From: Pseudomonadota bacterium | GTDB lineage: Bacteria; Pseudomonadota; Alphaproteobacteria; MPNO01; UBA830 | Length of the DNA stretch: 64,000 nucleotides | NCBI GenBank assembly: GCA_036339975.1 | Contig: JAYYZV010000020.1 | Span: forward strand, 10,430 to 74,429 | Direction of reading: 5' to 3' | In this document: positions 28,818 to 39,405 of the stretch, one piece after another | Layout of the letters: every line of letters begins with the position of its first letter | How positions within the stretch are numbered: position 1 is the first letter of the stretch | Translations under genes and position numbers: made by a program | Notes under the pieces: model-generated | Databases searched by the model: none | Told to the model about the DNA's origin: nothing | Seen by the model: only the letters and a program-made list of their open reading frames with translations

Positions 28818-28927
28818 GGCGTGATATGGCGGCCAAGGTGGTTTGGGGTGCATGTGCCTGAAGATTACACCAGAAAGGCCGCCGGATATCTGCCGGCAGT
28901 TGTAGTGATTTCAAACAATTTTTGTGT

Positions 28928-29803
28928 TCAATCTGTATTCGCACGACGCCCCGCCTCTGATCGGGCCAGTAGGTAGGTGCTGGTAAAAATCACCACCGCT
29001 CCGGCAACAGTCCAGATGTCTGTGGTTTCGCTAAACAACAACCATCCCGCAGCGCCCACGATGGGAAGGCGCAGAAAGTCGAACGGCACAACGGCGCTCA
29101 TCTCGGCGGCGCCATAGGCTCGGGTAATAAACCAGATTCCCGACGTTCCCGTGATTCCAACGCCTACCAGAAGCACCATGTCGATAGCCGTCGGTGGGAC
29201 CCAGTAGACTATCGCGGGGATTCCGGCCAGCGGGCACATCAGGATGTTGACCCACAGAGTGGTGGATCCGACGCTTTCGGTCGATGTCAGTTTTTTGATG
29301 CACATATTGGAACAAGCGTACGAAATCGCACCGCCGAGCACGACGGCGGCGCCGAAGCCGATCTCATTAAAGCCCGGCCTCAACAGGATCAGCACGCCTG
29401 CGAACCCGCCCAGCGTCGCCGCTAAGCGCGCGCCCCCGAATTTTTCACCCAGTAGAATTGCCGCAAGCACGACGATAAAAATTGGTTGAGTGAAGCTCAG
29501 CGAGACGACATCTGCCAATGGTATTTCGCCGATCCCGATGAACAGACCGAGCACGCCAAAGTAGGCAAATACTGCTCGCATCAGATGTATAGGGAACCGT
29601 CGGGTCTTGAGTATGCGGAGCCCGGGTTCACGCATCAGGGGGGCCAGTAGAAACAGGGCAACCAATGTTCGGACAAACAGAATCTGGAACGATGTGTATT
29701 CCCCAGACAGCGCTCGTACCAGAACCATCATCGTCGACCACACGGCAACCGCTACCAGCATGTAGCCGATACCCCGAAGTGAGCTGTTCTGGGCGTTTTT
29801 CAC
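28928..29803 (-). CDS. EamA/DMT family transporter
   Basis: 291-aa protein with about 10 TM helices, and a clear paralog of the 32520-33413 product. Confidence 0.8.
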   Translation of the reverse strand: MKNAQNSSLRGIGYMLVAVAVWSTMMVLVRALSGEYTSFQILFVRTLVALFLLAPLMREPGLRILKTRRFPIHLMRAVFAYFGVLGLFIGIGEIPLADVVSLSFTQPIFIVVLAAILLGEKFGGARLAATLGGFAGVLILLRPGFNEIGFGAAVVLGGAISYACSNMCIKKLTSTESVGSTTLWVNILMCPLAGIPAIVYWVPPTAIDMVLLVGVGITGTSGIWFITRAYGAAEMSAVVPFDFLRLPIVGAAGWLLFSETTDIWTVAGAVVIFTSTYLLARSEAGRRANTD

Positions 29804-29828
29804 CTCTTATAAGAGGGTTTTTCCGTGT

Positions 29829-30449
29829 CTAACTCAGTCTGGTCATGACGTGTTTCCGGAATGATCTGCGTTCGCACAGCGCGTCGTACCAGCGTTTCAG
29901 ATTGACGAAATCTTCGCGCTCGATCGGTAGTTCGTACCAGCGATAGGCGATGGGTCCGATAGGAATATCCGCTATCGTGAAGTCGTCGCCGCCAACATAC
30001 GTGTTGCTCGACAGATGATCATCAAGGATTGCCCATCTAGCAGCCCAGTCGTCGCGCGAGGCGTTGATCGTATCCATGTTGCGTTCGTCTGGCGATTTTC
30101 TGATCAGGCCGTGAAACACGGGCACCATACAGTGCACCAGCTCGGTCAGCTGCCAGTCCATCCACATTTCGCAGCGGGCCCTGTCGGCAGGGTCTTTGGG
30201 ATATAACGTTCCCCGGGTGTACTTGGAGGCGAGGTAGCGTAGGATGGAGTTAGATTCCCACAGCACAAGATCGTTGTCGATGATGGTCGGAATCCGACCA
30301 TTGGGATTGAGGGTTAGATAAGGCGCTTCGTGATTCTTGCCGAACTGTCCGCCTACGTCTTCACGTTCGTAATCTAGCCCGATTTCGTCCAGCAACCATA
30401 ACGCTTTCATCACATTGGATGAATTCGTCCGGCCTTTCAACTGTAGCAT
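29829..30449 (-). CDS. Glutathione S-transferase, GstB-like
   Basis: NSSNVMKALWLLDE...LNPNGRIPTI...LWESNSILRYL resembles E. coli GstB (YliJ). Confidence 0.85.
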   Translation of the reverse strand: MLQLKGRTNSSNVMKALWLLDEIGLDYEREDVGGQFGKNHEAPYLTLNPNGRIPTIIDNDLVLWESNSILRYLASKYTRGTLYPKDPADRARCEMWMDWQLTELVHCMVPVFHGLIRKSPDERNMDTINASRDDWAARWAILDDHLSSNTYVGGDDFTIADIPIGPIAYRWYELPIEREDFVNLKRWYDALCERRSFRKHVMTRLS

Positions 30450-30553
30450 GTTTTGTTCCCTTCATTCCGTTAATGGCCTACTCGCCCTACAGCCATCCAT
30501 GTGATGATCCTTCTGGTGGCCGTAGAAGGTGGATTGGAGAGCAAACAACTAGA

Positions 30554-31180
30554 TTAATGCATTCCGATGTTGATAACGTGTTTCCTGAACGCTGGGCGTG
30601 CGCAGATGGCATCATGCCAGCGTTTCAGGTTGGGGAAGTCTTCTCGCTCGATATCCAGGTTGAACCAGCGATAGGTGAACGGAGAGGCTGGAATATCGCC
30701 GATACCAAACGTGTCGCCAGACAGGTACTCGTGATCTGTCAGCCATGCTTCCAGTATCGCGTTCGCCTTCGCCCAACCGTCCCGCGCGGTGGCGATTTTT
30801 GCCAGATCGCGCTCGGCTTCCGGTGTTCGGATCAGGCCCTGATAAACTGGGACATGTGTGCTCGCTAGTGTGGAGACTGCCCAGTCCATCCAGCGGTCGG
30901 CACTGGCCTGCGCCTGAACGTCGTCTGGCTGTAGCCGGGTGCCGGCGCCGTGTTTATTGGCGAGATATCGGACGATCGCATTCGATTCCCACAGAACGAA
31001 ACCGTCGTCGTTAATTGTCGGTACGCGGCCGTTGGGGTTCAGCGAGAGATACTCTGGCTGATCGTTGCCGCCAAACGGTCCCCCGATATCGGTGCGTTCA
31101 TGCGGTATGTTCAGTTCCTCGCATATCCAGATCACTTTCTGCACATTGGACGAGGTCGCCCTTCCCAGAATCTTCAACAT
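30554..31180 (-). CDS. Glutathione S-transferase, GstB-like (tandem paralog)
   Basis: TSSNVQKVIWICEE...LNPNGRVPTI...LWESNAIVRYL. About half the residues are identical to the neighbouring GST by eye. Confidence 0.85.
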   Translation of the reverse strand: MLKILGRATSSNVQKVIWICEELNIPHERTDIGGPFGGNDQPEYLSLNPNGRVPTINDDGFVLWESNAIVRYLANKHGAGTRLQPDDVQAQASADRWMDWAVSTLASTHVPVYQGLIRTPEAERDLAKIATARDGWAKANAILEAWLTDHEYLSGDTFGIGDIPASPFTYRWFNLDIEREDFPNLKRWHDAICARPAFRKHVINIGMH

Positions 31181-31193
31181 TCGTCGGTCCCTT

Positions 31194-32414
31194 CTAATCT
31201 AGTTGTATAAACAGGCATTTCAGGTATGCGCTTTCCGGCAGGTTTGGGTGTACGGGATGATCGGGCCCCGCGCCGCCTGTATGTAGTATGCGCCCCGAGC
31301 GGCCCGCATCCCGCACCCCGATGCGCACCTGTTCAGTAAACGACGCTACGTCCATGTGGTACGAACAGGACGCCATGCACAGGATGCCGCCCGGTTCGAC
31401 CAAAAATGCCGACAGTCGTGTCAACTTTCGGTATCCCCGCGCTCCAGGTTTCAGGTCTTTCTTGGATTTTACGAAGGCTGGCGGATCGGCGACGACGATA
31501 CCAAACCGTTCTTTGTCTTTCCCGAGCTTTTCGAGAGCGACGAACGCATCGGACTTTTCGAAGTGGCAAATGCCGCCGTATCCGGCCTCTTCTGCCGCCT
31601 GAGCTGCAATCTCCAAAGCCGGTTCCGACCGGTCGATGCACAGGACATCAGTTGCACCGGAAGCAGCGGCGGTCAGGCCGAACCCGCCGAGATAGCTGTA
31701 GACGTCCAGCACCCTATGCCCTGCCGCCAGCGACGCGACACGTGCGCGGTTTTCACGCTGATCGAAGAACCAGCCCGTTTTATGACCAGCCGATAGGTCG
31801 GCGAGAAACTCGACACCGTTTTCCGGTACGCGGGCCAGCGATGGCAGGTCGCCGATGATGTCGGTAGCCGCGTCGTCAAGACCTTCTATTCGCCGTGCTG
31901 CGCCAGTGCGTTGTAGGACGATACCGGTCGGTGTCGGCGCCTGCTGCAAAGCGGATACAATCTTCTCGGAAAGCTGATTCATGCCTGCTGTATTGAGCTG
32001 CACGACAAAGGTACGGTCGTACCGGTCGACGATTAGACCTGGTAGGCCGTCGGCTTCCGCGTGGACAAGCCGGTAGAACGGTTGGTTGAACATTCGGTCG
32101 CGCAACTTCATGGCCGCAGAAAACTTTCCGGCGAGCCAATCCACGTCGATTGCGGCGTCGGCGTCGCGATCTAGAACCCGGGCGCTGATCAGTGGCCGGG
32201 GGTTGAACATCGCAGTACCCAATGGGCGTTCATACGCGTCGGCCAGCGTAACGATTGCGCCCGGCGGAAGCTCCTTGAACTCCTCGGTCATATTGATCTC
32301 GTTGGAGTAGACCCAGGGGTGACCCGCATAGACGCGCTTGTGGCGCCCAGGCAACATCGGAATCGTCGGCCGGTTTTCCGCGTTCGCCTCTTGGGGCATT
32401 GCAATGTCGTCCAT
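31194..32414 (-). CDS. rlmI: RlmI-like SAM-dependent rRNA (cytosine-C5) methyltransferase with a PUA domain
   Basis: HPWVYSNEI, YRLVHAEADGLPGLIVDRY, GHKTGWFFDQRENR, VADPPAF and ARGYRKL track E. coli RlmI along the full length. Confidence 0.7.
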   Translation of the reverse strand: MDDIAMPQEANAENRPTIPMLPGRHKRVYAGHPWVYSNEINMTEEFKELPPGAIVTLADAYERPLGTAMFNPRPLISARVLDRDADAAIDVDWLAGKFSAAMKLRDRMFNQPFYRLVHAEADGLPGLIVDRYDRTFVVQLNTAGMNQLSEKIVSALQQAPTPTGIVLQRTGAARRIEGLDDAATDIIGDLPSLARVPENGVEFLADLSAGHKTGWFFDQRENRARVASLAAGHRVLDVYSYLGGFGLTAAASGATDVLCIDRSEPALEIAAQAAEEAGYGGICHFEKSDAFVALEKLGKDKERFGIVVADPPAFVKSKKDLKPGARGYRKLTRLSAFLVEPGGILCMASCSYHMDVASFTEQVRIGVRDAGRSGRILHTGGAGPDHPVHPNLPESAYLKCLFIQLD

Positions 32415-32519
32415 GGCTTTATTCTACAGGCTTCGGAGTGGTAAGGGTATCGTCAGGGTTGATTTGGAGTGCCGTATTTCTGTGACTGTTGGTGCGGTTC
32501 TGTGAAAATGGCTCAAGAA

Positions 32520-33413
32520 TTACCCGGTACGCATAGCCTCGCGCATGGTGCTGTAATACCCGGCGGCGAAGATAATCAACGCGCCGGCGGCGGTCCAAAC
32601 ATCCATAACCTCGGTGAAGAGAAGCCATCCCAGAATTGCAGAAAAAGGGAGACGCATGAAATCAAATACGATGACGAAGCTAGCATCGCCCACCGCAAGC
32701 GAACGGGTAATAAAGTAATGTGTAGCGTAGCCGGTAATGCCTAGACCGATCATTGCTGGCATATCGGACCAAGTCGGTGTCTGCCAGACAAAAGCCGCCG
32801 GGACAGCTGAATAAATTAGGATAGTGACGCTCATGTAGAACACAACTGTGCTACCTGACTCTGTATCCGACAGCCGCTTGGTCACCACATGTGCACAGGA
32901 ATATAGGAACGCTGCTAGCAGGATTGAAAGGGTGCCGATATTGACCGGAATTATGCCAGGCCGAATGATTATCAGAGCGCCGGCGAAACCGATCAAGATA
33001 GCGACCATGCGATGTCCGCCGATGCGCTCGCCCAGAAAAGCTGCTGCGATGATCGCTGTGAATAGCGGAGATGTGAATTGAAGCGCCGCCACATCTGCCA
33101 GCGCAATCTTCGTCACACCGAAAAACCAGGCAACGTTGCCGCCGTATAGGAATGCGTTGCGGAGCGCATGTGTTCCAAGCCGGTCGGTCTTGAAAACAGC
33201 CTTCCCTTGACGGACCAGAGATGGCGTCATCAGAAATAGGTTGATTACGTTGCGAAGGAAAATCATGAGCAGGATGGAATAGGTTGGTAAATAGCGTATA
33301 CACACGGCCATCGCGGTTAAAGCCGCAGCGGCGGCAATCATCCACCAAGCCCCCTTTGCGGCATTACTCATCGAATTTTCCATGCATTTCCATATCACAA
33401 ACCATATCGTCAA
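32520..33413 (-). CDS. EamA/DMT family transporter
   Basis: 297-aa multi-TM ORF. The ORF-track start overlaps the ggt stop by 4 nt, and a later Met (MSNAAKG...) is also possible. Confidence 0.8.
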   Translation of the reverse strand: MTIWFVIWKCMENSMSNAAKGAWWMIAAAAALTAMAVCIRYLPTYSILLMIFLRNVINLFLMTPSLVRQGKAVFKTDRLGTHALRNAFLYGGNVAWFFGVTKIALADVAALQFTSPLFTAIIAAAFLGERIGGHRMVAILIGFAGALIIIRPGIIPVNIGTLSILLAAFLYSCAHVVTKRLSDTESGSTVVFYMSVTILIYSAVPAAFVWQTPTWSDMPAMIGLGITGYATHYFITRSLAVGDASFVIVFDFMRLPFSAILGWLLFTEVMDVWTAAGALIIFAAGYYSTMREAMRTG

Positions 33414-35191
33414 TCCCCGAGTGCAATACCTTCACGCCGTCTGTCGGCACCGCCGTCATATCCGCGGGGCGTAACGCGGATACCATGCAGACCACTTGTC
33501 AGTGTTCGAATTCGCACATTGTGGCCTAGGCCCCTTAATGCGTCGACGTACTTTACCAGCTGGGTTCCTTTCTCTAGCTCTGTCCACCCATTCCGGTTGG
33601 TATGCGTCGGTAGGTCGATCGCGGCTTGCATGCCGAGTTTCCAGTCGATCAAGCCGATTAACGTTTTGGCAACATAGGCTATGATCCTTGATCCACCTGG
33701 AGACCCTACTATTGCAAAAAGCTGCCCGTCTTGGTTGAGGACAAGCTTCGGCGACATGGAACTTCGGGGGCGTTTTCGGGGGGCAACGGCGTTGGCAACC
33801 GAGCGGCCGTTGCGGCGGGGCGAATAGGCAAAATCCGACAGTTGGTTGTTTAGCAGGAATCCTCGTACCAACAGGCGGCTGCCGAAAGCGCGCGCGATCG
33901 AAGAGGTCATGCTGACAGCGTTGCCGTCGGCGTCGATCACTGACAGGTGTGACGTGGACGGAAATCCCTCGCGCGCATCTGGCGCAAGCCGCATGTGCTC
34001 TGAAGAAGGCGGAAGCCCAGGCATTGCCTTGCCCATGGACCCCGCCGAATTAATTTGTTTTGACCGGCGGCGCAGATAGCTCGAGTTGAGCATTCCTCGT
34101 ACGGGTACCAATACAAAATCAGGGTCGCCGATATACTGCGCGCGGTCGGCATAGGCTAGACGACTGGCTTCCGATATTAGATGTACCGCTTCGACCGATC
34201 CTGGCTGGATTTGTGACATTTTAAAGGGTTTTAAAAGCCCGAGAATTTGTAGAACAGTAATCCCGCCCGAAGTTGGCGGCGGCATGCCACACACCCGCTT
34301 GTCTCGATAAACTATGCAGACAGGTGTGCGCTTTTTAGCCTTGTATCTCGCAATATCCGCTTGCGTCATTACAGCCGGATTATGGACGGCGCTTTTTACG
34401 GTAACCGCGATATCTTTTGAAATAGCCCCGGCATAAAAGGCATCTGGTCCTTTGGAGGCGATCAGGCGCAGCGTGTCGGCTAGCGGTGGATTGCGGAGAC
34501 GGTGCCCGACCGGCAGAGGATTTCCGGATGGGGTATAAAAATAAGCACGCGCTGCTGGGAAGTCCCTCATATCTTTCGCGCGCCGGATCATTTTGTTGAG
34601 GCGCCGTGATACCTTAAAACCCTTTTCTGCTAGTTGAATTGCTGGATCGAAAAGCCTTGCCCATGGCAGATTTCCGTGATCCCTGTGGGCTAGGTACAGC
34701 ATCTGTATTAAGCCTGGCACACCGACCGCAGTGCCACCTGTACCCACATCCTGAAATGCCCGGCGTTTGCCGTTAGACCTAATAAAGACTTCGGGGCGGA
34801 TTTTCTCGGGGGCTGTCTCACGTCCGTCATAGGCTTCGATTTTCCGATCGGCCTCTCGGAAATGCATCAGGAAGGCCCCGCCACCGATACCGGAGCTTTG
34901 CGGTTCAACGAGGTTCAAAACCATTTGAGCGGCGATTGCGGCATCGACAGCGCTACCCCCGGCTCGCAGAATATCGCGTCCCGCTTCGGAGGCCATCGGG
35001 TGAGCGGCAACTATCATGTGTTGTTGGGGTAGATTAGGCGCTGCAGCACAGACCGAAATTTCGGAGACCAGCCCAATCAACAGTATAGAATAGTATTTTT
35101 TGTTACTGATTTTCCTTAACAAAGGTAGAGCGGTGTATGAAATTTGCGTAATCCCTTTTGCAGGTGCGAAAAAGAAGGTAGAACAGCCCAA
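33410..35191 (-). CDS. ggt: Gamma-glutamyltransferase
   Basis: GGNAVDAA-type motif [11 protein letters not shown], and the autoprocessing site [10 protein letters not shown] (T-S-H). The true start is probably the TTG at 35122, which gives a signal peptide [19 protein letters not shown]. Confidence 0.9.
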   Translation of the reverse strand: MGCSTFFFAPAKGITQISYTALPLLRKISNKKYYSILLIGLVSEISVCAAAPNLPQQHMIVAAHPMASEAGRDILRAGGSAVDAAIAAQMVLNLVEPQSSGIGGGAFLMHFREADRKIEAYDGRETAPEKIRPEVFIRSNGKRRAFQDVGTGGTAVGVPGLIQMLYLAHRDHGNLPWARLFDPAIQLAEKGFKVSRRLNKMIRRAKDMRDFPAARAYFYTPSGNPLPVGHRLRNPPLADTLRLIASKGPDAFYAGAISKDIAVTVKSAVHNPAVMTQADIARYKAKKRTPVCIVYRDKRVCGMPPPTSGGITVLQILGLLKPFKMSQIQPGSVEAVHLISEASRLAYADRAQYIGDPDFVLVPVRGMLNSSYLRRRSKQINSAGSMGKAMPGLPPSSEHMRLAPDAREGFPSTSHLSVIDADGNAVSMTSSIARAFGSRLLVRGFLLNNQLSDFAYSPRRNGRSVANAVAPRKRPRSSMSPKLVLNQDGQLFAIVGSPGGSRIIAYVAKTLIGLIDWKLGMQAAIDLPTHTNRNGWTELEKGTQLVKYVDALRGLGHNVRIRTLTSGLHGIRVTPRGYDGGADRRREGIALGD

Positions 35192-35223
35192 TCTCTCGCC
35201 GGATCAGCCTACGGAGGGCGACG

Positions 35224-36078
35224 ATGAGCACCGCAAGCCGGATAAACCGGATTACAACGCCAGAACTATCGGCGCGCAAGGGCAACGAACCGATCGTGGT
35301 TTTGACCGCTTATACAGCACCGTTGGCACAGTTTCTCGATGAGCATGTCGACTGTCTCCTCGTCGGGGATTCCCTTGGCATGGTCGTGTACGGACTAGAC
35401 ACGACGCTGGCTGTTTCACTCGACATGATGATCAATCATGCCGCCGCCGTTGTGCGAGGGTCGACCCATTCGTGTGTGATTGTCGATATGCCATTCGCCT
35501 CTTATCAAGAATCGCCTGAACAGGCCTATCGCAATGCTGCCCGGATGATGCAGGAAACCGGAGTTGATGGTGTGAAACTCGAGGCCGGTCTGGCACTGGC
35601 CCCCACAATCAAATTTCTGGTGCAGCGCGGCATTCCGGTGATGGGTCATGTTGGGCTTATGCCGCAATCGGTAAACGCCTATGGCGGTTTCCGGGTTCAG
35701 GGGAAGGAAACGTCGGTCGCCCGTCAGGTGATCGATGACGCACGTGCGGTGTCCGATGCCGGCGCCTTTTCAATTGTGGTAGAAGGAGTCATGGAGCCGG
35801 TCGCGCGCGAAATTACCAATGTTGTGCCGGTTCCAACCATCGGTATTGGCGCGTCCGCCGAATGCGATGGCCAGGTTCTAGTAACAGAGGATTTGTTGGG
35901 TCTTTTCAGCGACTTTACACCGAAATTTGTCAAACGCTATGCAGGGCTGGGTGAACAGGTTGCTGCTGCCGCGGCAGCCTATGCCCAAGACGTTCGAGCC
36001 CGTCGCTTTCCCGCTTCTGAACATTGCTTTGGGGCGCCAAAGGCGGATGGTGCAGAGGTACGACAACTTAAATCCTGA
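35224..36078 (+). CDS. panB: 3-methyl-2-oxobutanoate hydroxymethyltransferase
   Basis: [22 protein letters not shown] and KLEAG motifs. Confidence 0.9.
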   Translation: MSTASRINRITTPELSARKGNEPIVVLTAYTAPLAQFLDEHVDCLLVGDSLGMVVYGLDTTLAVSLDMMINHAAAVVRGSTHSCVIVDMPFASYQESPEQAYRNAARMMQETGVDGVKLEAGLALAPTIKFLVQRGIPVMGHVGLMPQSVNAYGGFRVQGKETSVARQVIDDARAVSDAGAFSIVVEGVMEPVAREITNVVPVPTIGIGASAECDGQVLVTEDLLGLFSDFTPKFVKRYAGLGEQVAAAAAAYAQDVRARRFPASEHCFGAPKADGAEVRQLKS

Positions 36079-36090
36079 TCGCCATTTGCT

Positions 36091-36978
36091 GTGAAAGGCT
36101 CTCAAGAAAAAACCGATGTGTCGCCGACATTAAAAATAACTAGGACAGCAGCGGAACTGCGGGAAGAGGTTGAGGGTGCCCGTAAAAACGGCGCCGTCAT
36201 CGGGTTAGTGCCTACCATGGGCGCTTTGCACGAAGGGCACCTTGCGTTGGTTAGCCGAGCGAGGCGCGACTGCGGATTGGTTGTTGCGAGCCTCTTCGTC
36301 AATCCCACACAGTTCGGGAAAAACGAAGATTTTGATTCTTATCCACGAGACGAGGCTAAAGACCTCGCCCTTTTCCATCAGCACGGCGTAGATATTGTCT
36401 ATGCACCTAAGGTCGCAGAAATATATCCTGACGGTTTTGGGATCACTGTAACCGTGTCCGGTCTGGCCGAAGAATTGTGCGGCGCGATCCGGCCAGGCCA
36501 CTTTGACGGTGTAACCACCGTCGTTTCCAAACTATTCGATCACTGCCATCCGGACGTCGCTTATTTCGGTGAAAAGGACTATCAGCAGCTTAGAGTGGTG
36601 GAGCAGATGGTATCGGATTTGGACCTATCGGTCCGGATTGTGGGTATTCCCATTGTCAGGGAAAAGGATGGTCTCGCACTGTCGTCACGAAATGCCTATC
36701 TCAATGTTTGCGAACGAAGCGTCGCGCCAGCATTGCAAAGGATAATGAGGGTGGTAGTAGATCGCCTCTCTCTCGGTGTTGACATGGAAGAACATTGCGA
36801 ATGGGGTAGAGATGCAGTAATTCGTGCCGGTTTCGATCGGGTCGACTATTTCGAAATTCGAGATAATGAGACGTTACTTCAGGTGGATGGATTCCGTCCC
36901 GGCCTTCGCCTATTTGCTGCCGCGTGGCTAAGTGAAACGCGACTGATCGATAATATTGAGATAGACAAAATCAAATAG
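36091..36978 (+). CDS. panC: Pantoate--beta-alanine ligase
   Basis: VPTMGALHEGHLAL, VASLFVNPTQF and FGEKDYQQL motifs, with a GTG start. Confidence 0.9.
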   Translation: MKGSQEKTDVSPTLKITRTAAELREEVEGARKNGAVIGLVPTMGALHEGHLALVSRARRDCGLVVASLFVNPTQFGKNEDFDSYPRDEAKDLALFHQHGVDIVYAPKVAEIYPDGFGITVTVSGLAEELCGAIRPGHFDGVTTVVSKLFDHCHPDVAYFGEKDYQQLRVVEQMVSDLDLSVRIVGIPIVREKDGLALSSRNAYLNVCERSVAPALQRIMRVVVDRLSLGVDMEEHCEWGRDAVIRAGFDRVDYFEIRDNETLLQVDGFRPGLRLFAAAWLSETRLIDNIEIDKIK

Positions 36979-37034
36979 CGGTTTGTCGTGCATTGCACGG
37001 GCTTCGATAAACCCAACCAAAAAAAGAGGCGCGT

Positions 37035-37718
37035 ATGTTCTACGAGACCGCAAAAAACAATCACGGCCTACCTTATAATCCCTATAAATCCATCGTGGTT
37101 CCCCGACCTATAGGTTGGATAACGACACTGAACTCTGATGGCGTGGTTAACTTGGCACCATATAGTCAGTTCAACAACCTAGGATACGACCCTCCGTACG
37201 TTATGTTTTCATCTGGCTCGGAAGTTGGTGCTGGTGGGCCAAAAGATAGCGCGCGAAATGCGCTGATTACTGGAGAATTTGTATGCAACATGGCTACATG
37301 GGAATTGCGCGATCAGGTTAACACCACGGCCCAGATGGTGCCGTCGGATGTAGATGAAGCGGAGATGGCCGAACTCGAGATGGTGCCGTCAAAATTGGTT
37401 GCCCCGCCTCGCGTAAAGGCTTCACCGGTTCACTTGGAATGTCGTTATCATGCTACGCTGACCCTGCCGGGGAATTCGGTAGACAATATAGTTTACCTAG
37501 TGGTCGGGGAAGTCCTCGGTGTTCATATCAATGACGACGTCATCACCGAGGAGGGAAAGATAGATATACTTAAATGTCGTCCGCTCGCGCGTATGGGATA
37601 TTTCGACTACACCTCGGTCGAATCTGTGTTTGAAATTGCACCTAGCGGACCCAACCTAGAGAACATTCAGCGTGGTTTGGAGGGACGGGCAAGGGGCAGA
37701 CAAGACGCGACTGAGTAA
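37035..37718 (+). CDS. Flavin reductase-like FMN-binding (split-barrel) protein
   Basis: PRPIGWITTLNSDGVVNLAPYSQFN is typical of the flavin reductase domain family. Confidence 0.7.
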   Translation: MFYETAKNNHGLPYNPYKSIVVPRPIGWITTLNSDGVVNLAPYSQFNNLGYDPPYVMFSSGSEVGAGGPKDSARNALITGEFVCNMATWELRDQVNTTAQMVPSDVDEAEMAELEMVPSKLVAPPRVKASPVHLECRYHATLTLPGNSVDNIVYLVVGEVLGVHINDDVITEEGKIDILKCRPLARMGYFDYTSVESVFEIAPSGPNLENIQRGLEGRARGRQDATE

Positions 37719-37778
37719 ATCCGTGCCAGTATTACAAACACCCGACGCTATTAGCCGTCCTTTTCTGTAGTCAAAATT

Positions 37779-38987
37779 CTAGCGGACGTAAATATGAACT
37801 TCGTTGGATGTTACGGTGTTGCTGGTCAGCGCCGACATGCGGACCCTGTCCAGCGGCAGTCCCATGTCGGAGAGCGAACGTAGAACCTTTTCGGCATTTT
37901 TCTTTGAAGAGCTTGCCAAGAGCGAGGTTCGGGCAGCGTTTCCTCGGTTCGGCGACACGGCGATTAGGTCAAACATTGCATTCGGCCGGCGCTGCAGTGC
38001 TCGGCTTACCGCATTATACAACGGCTGCTCATATTGAACGGTGGCTCGGTCGAAACGGATCACGACCAGTGGTCGGCGCGCGCTTGCCGAGGGGAGGGGT
38101 GATGCCGCAAACCCGCTGCTAGCTGCCGGTGCGGCGGAAGAGAATGCCCGGTTACCGAGGCTCGATCCAAGTATCTCACCATTTTTGATGGCCAGAGCCA
38201 TCGTCGTGAGGTTGGTGCGCTCGGCGCTGAGGTAGTTGCTTTGGCGAGAAATATCCTCACTCAACTCGTTGAGCAGTCGGTCGATGAGAACAACCGTGCG
38301 GTTGACTTCGTCCTCTAGAATAGACAACTGGCGATGGTCTTCGTCGATCGCGCCTGAAAGGCCATAGGCTGCGCGAGTTGTCTCCAGAAGGTACGCCGAA
38401 AGGGTCGATGTACTGGCCACGCCGTTGGCCAGTGTGTTCATTTGCGCGATATCACTTTCCACCTGAGCCAGGCTCGCTTGAGCCACATTCCACTGGCTAA
38501 CCATTGCGGGATTGCCGGGCGTAGTGCCGACCTGCAACCGCGAGTTAATTCTGCCAACCGTCGTGTGGTAGTTCTGCGAGTGCCGAACGGTAAGAGTCCG
38601 GATCGACTGCAACTGAGTGTTCTGCTGAGTGATCTGAGACTGAAGCCGCCGCAATTCGCCTCGAATCTCGACGACGCGCTGACCTACATAGGTCCCAGTA
38701 GTAGCTCCCTGTGACACCTGCTGAGGGACAAAATTTGTCCTGCCGAGCGTGGGCGGTGGTGGCGGAGACAAGGTCGGTTGCCGGTTCGACTCGGCACGTG
38801 ATGCCGGAATATTGGTCTGCGTATTTTGGCCACTGGATGGGTCTTTCCCAGTCAGCGACGGCCATATTACATCTGATGCAAAGGAGCAGCCGCCCACAAG
38901 GGTAAAGGCCGTCAAAACGACCGCACAACTTTTCGTAGCATTCGTCCGGGTTCTTAGAAGGGCCATGATGAAGGCCTCGCTCCCCAA
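37779..38987 (-). CDS. Hypothetical lipoprotein with a coiled-coil region and a degenerate OmpA-like C-terminus
   Basis: Lipobox-like LVGGC at residues 30-34, then a PPPPP linker and Q/L-rich heptad-like segments (RGELRRLQSQITQQNTQLQSI). The C-terminus NAEKVLRSLSDMGLPLDRVRMS...NEVHIYVR loosely resembles the OmpA_C ending. Confidence 0.45.
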   Translation of the reverse strand: MGSEAFIMALLRTRTNATKSCAVVLTAFTLVGGCSFASDVIWPSLTGKDPSSGQNTQTNIPASRAESNRQPTLSPPPPPTLGRTNFVPQQVSQGATTGTYVGQRVVEIRGELRRLQSQITQQNTQLQSIRTLTVRHSQNYHTTVGRINSRLQVGTTPGNPAMVSQWNVAQASLAQVESDIAQMNTLANGVASTSTLSAYLLETTRAAYGLSGAIDEDHRQLSILEDEVNRTVVLIDRLLNELSEDISRQSNYLSAERTNLTTMALAIKNGEILGSSLGNRAFSSAAPAASSGFAASPLPSASARRPLVVIRFDRATVQYEQPLYNAVSRALQRRPNAMFDLIAVSPNRGNAARTSLLASSSKKNAEKVLRSLSDMGLPLDRVRMSALTSNTVTSNEVHIYVR

Positions 38988-39328
38988 TAATTCATTTTTC
39001 GGCGGCCCCGGTAACAGAGTATAACAAAACCACCGAAAACGACGGAGTTTGCATAAGCAGTTGGGCCGGCAAGCATAGTACTTTAACGATTATCCATCTA
39101 CAAGCCGATTGTCATTAAGAAAACGGCGGCTGGAAAAAAATATTCACGCTCCACTCTCCCGTATTTTATGCTAATTCGTTGAGGTTTTCTTCGTTCAAGC
39201 CTGTTCTCCCAGCCACAGGGTTTGCAGGCATCAACTTTTATAAAATTGGTCCGATACAAAAGAGTCGAAAATCGACAAACAACCGATTGCACCACGTATT
39301 GGCTTTGGCTATACCCTTGCAGCCCTTT

Positions 39329-39405
39329 GCGCCCGTAGCTCAACTGGATAGAGTGCCTGACTACGGATCAGGAGGTTGGGGGTTCGAATCCTCCCGGGCG
39401 CGCCA
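39329..39405 (+). tRNA. tRNA-Arg (anticodon ACG)
   Basis: A 77-nt cloverleaf folded by hand: acceptor GCGCCCG/CGGGCGC, anticodon stem CCTGA/TCAGG with loop CTACGGA, T-arm GGGGG-TTCGAAT-CCTCC, and an encoded CCA. Confidence 0.9.
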
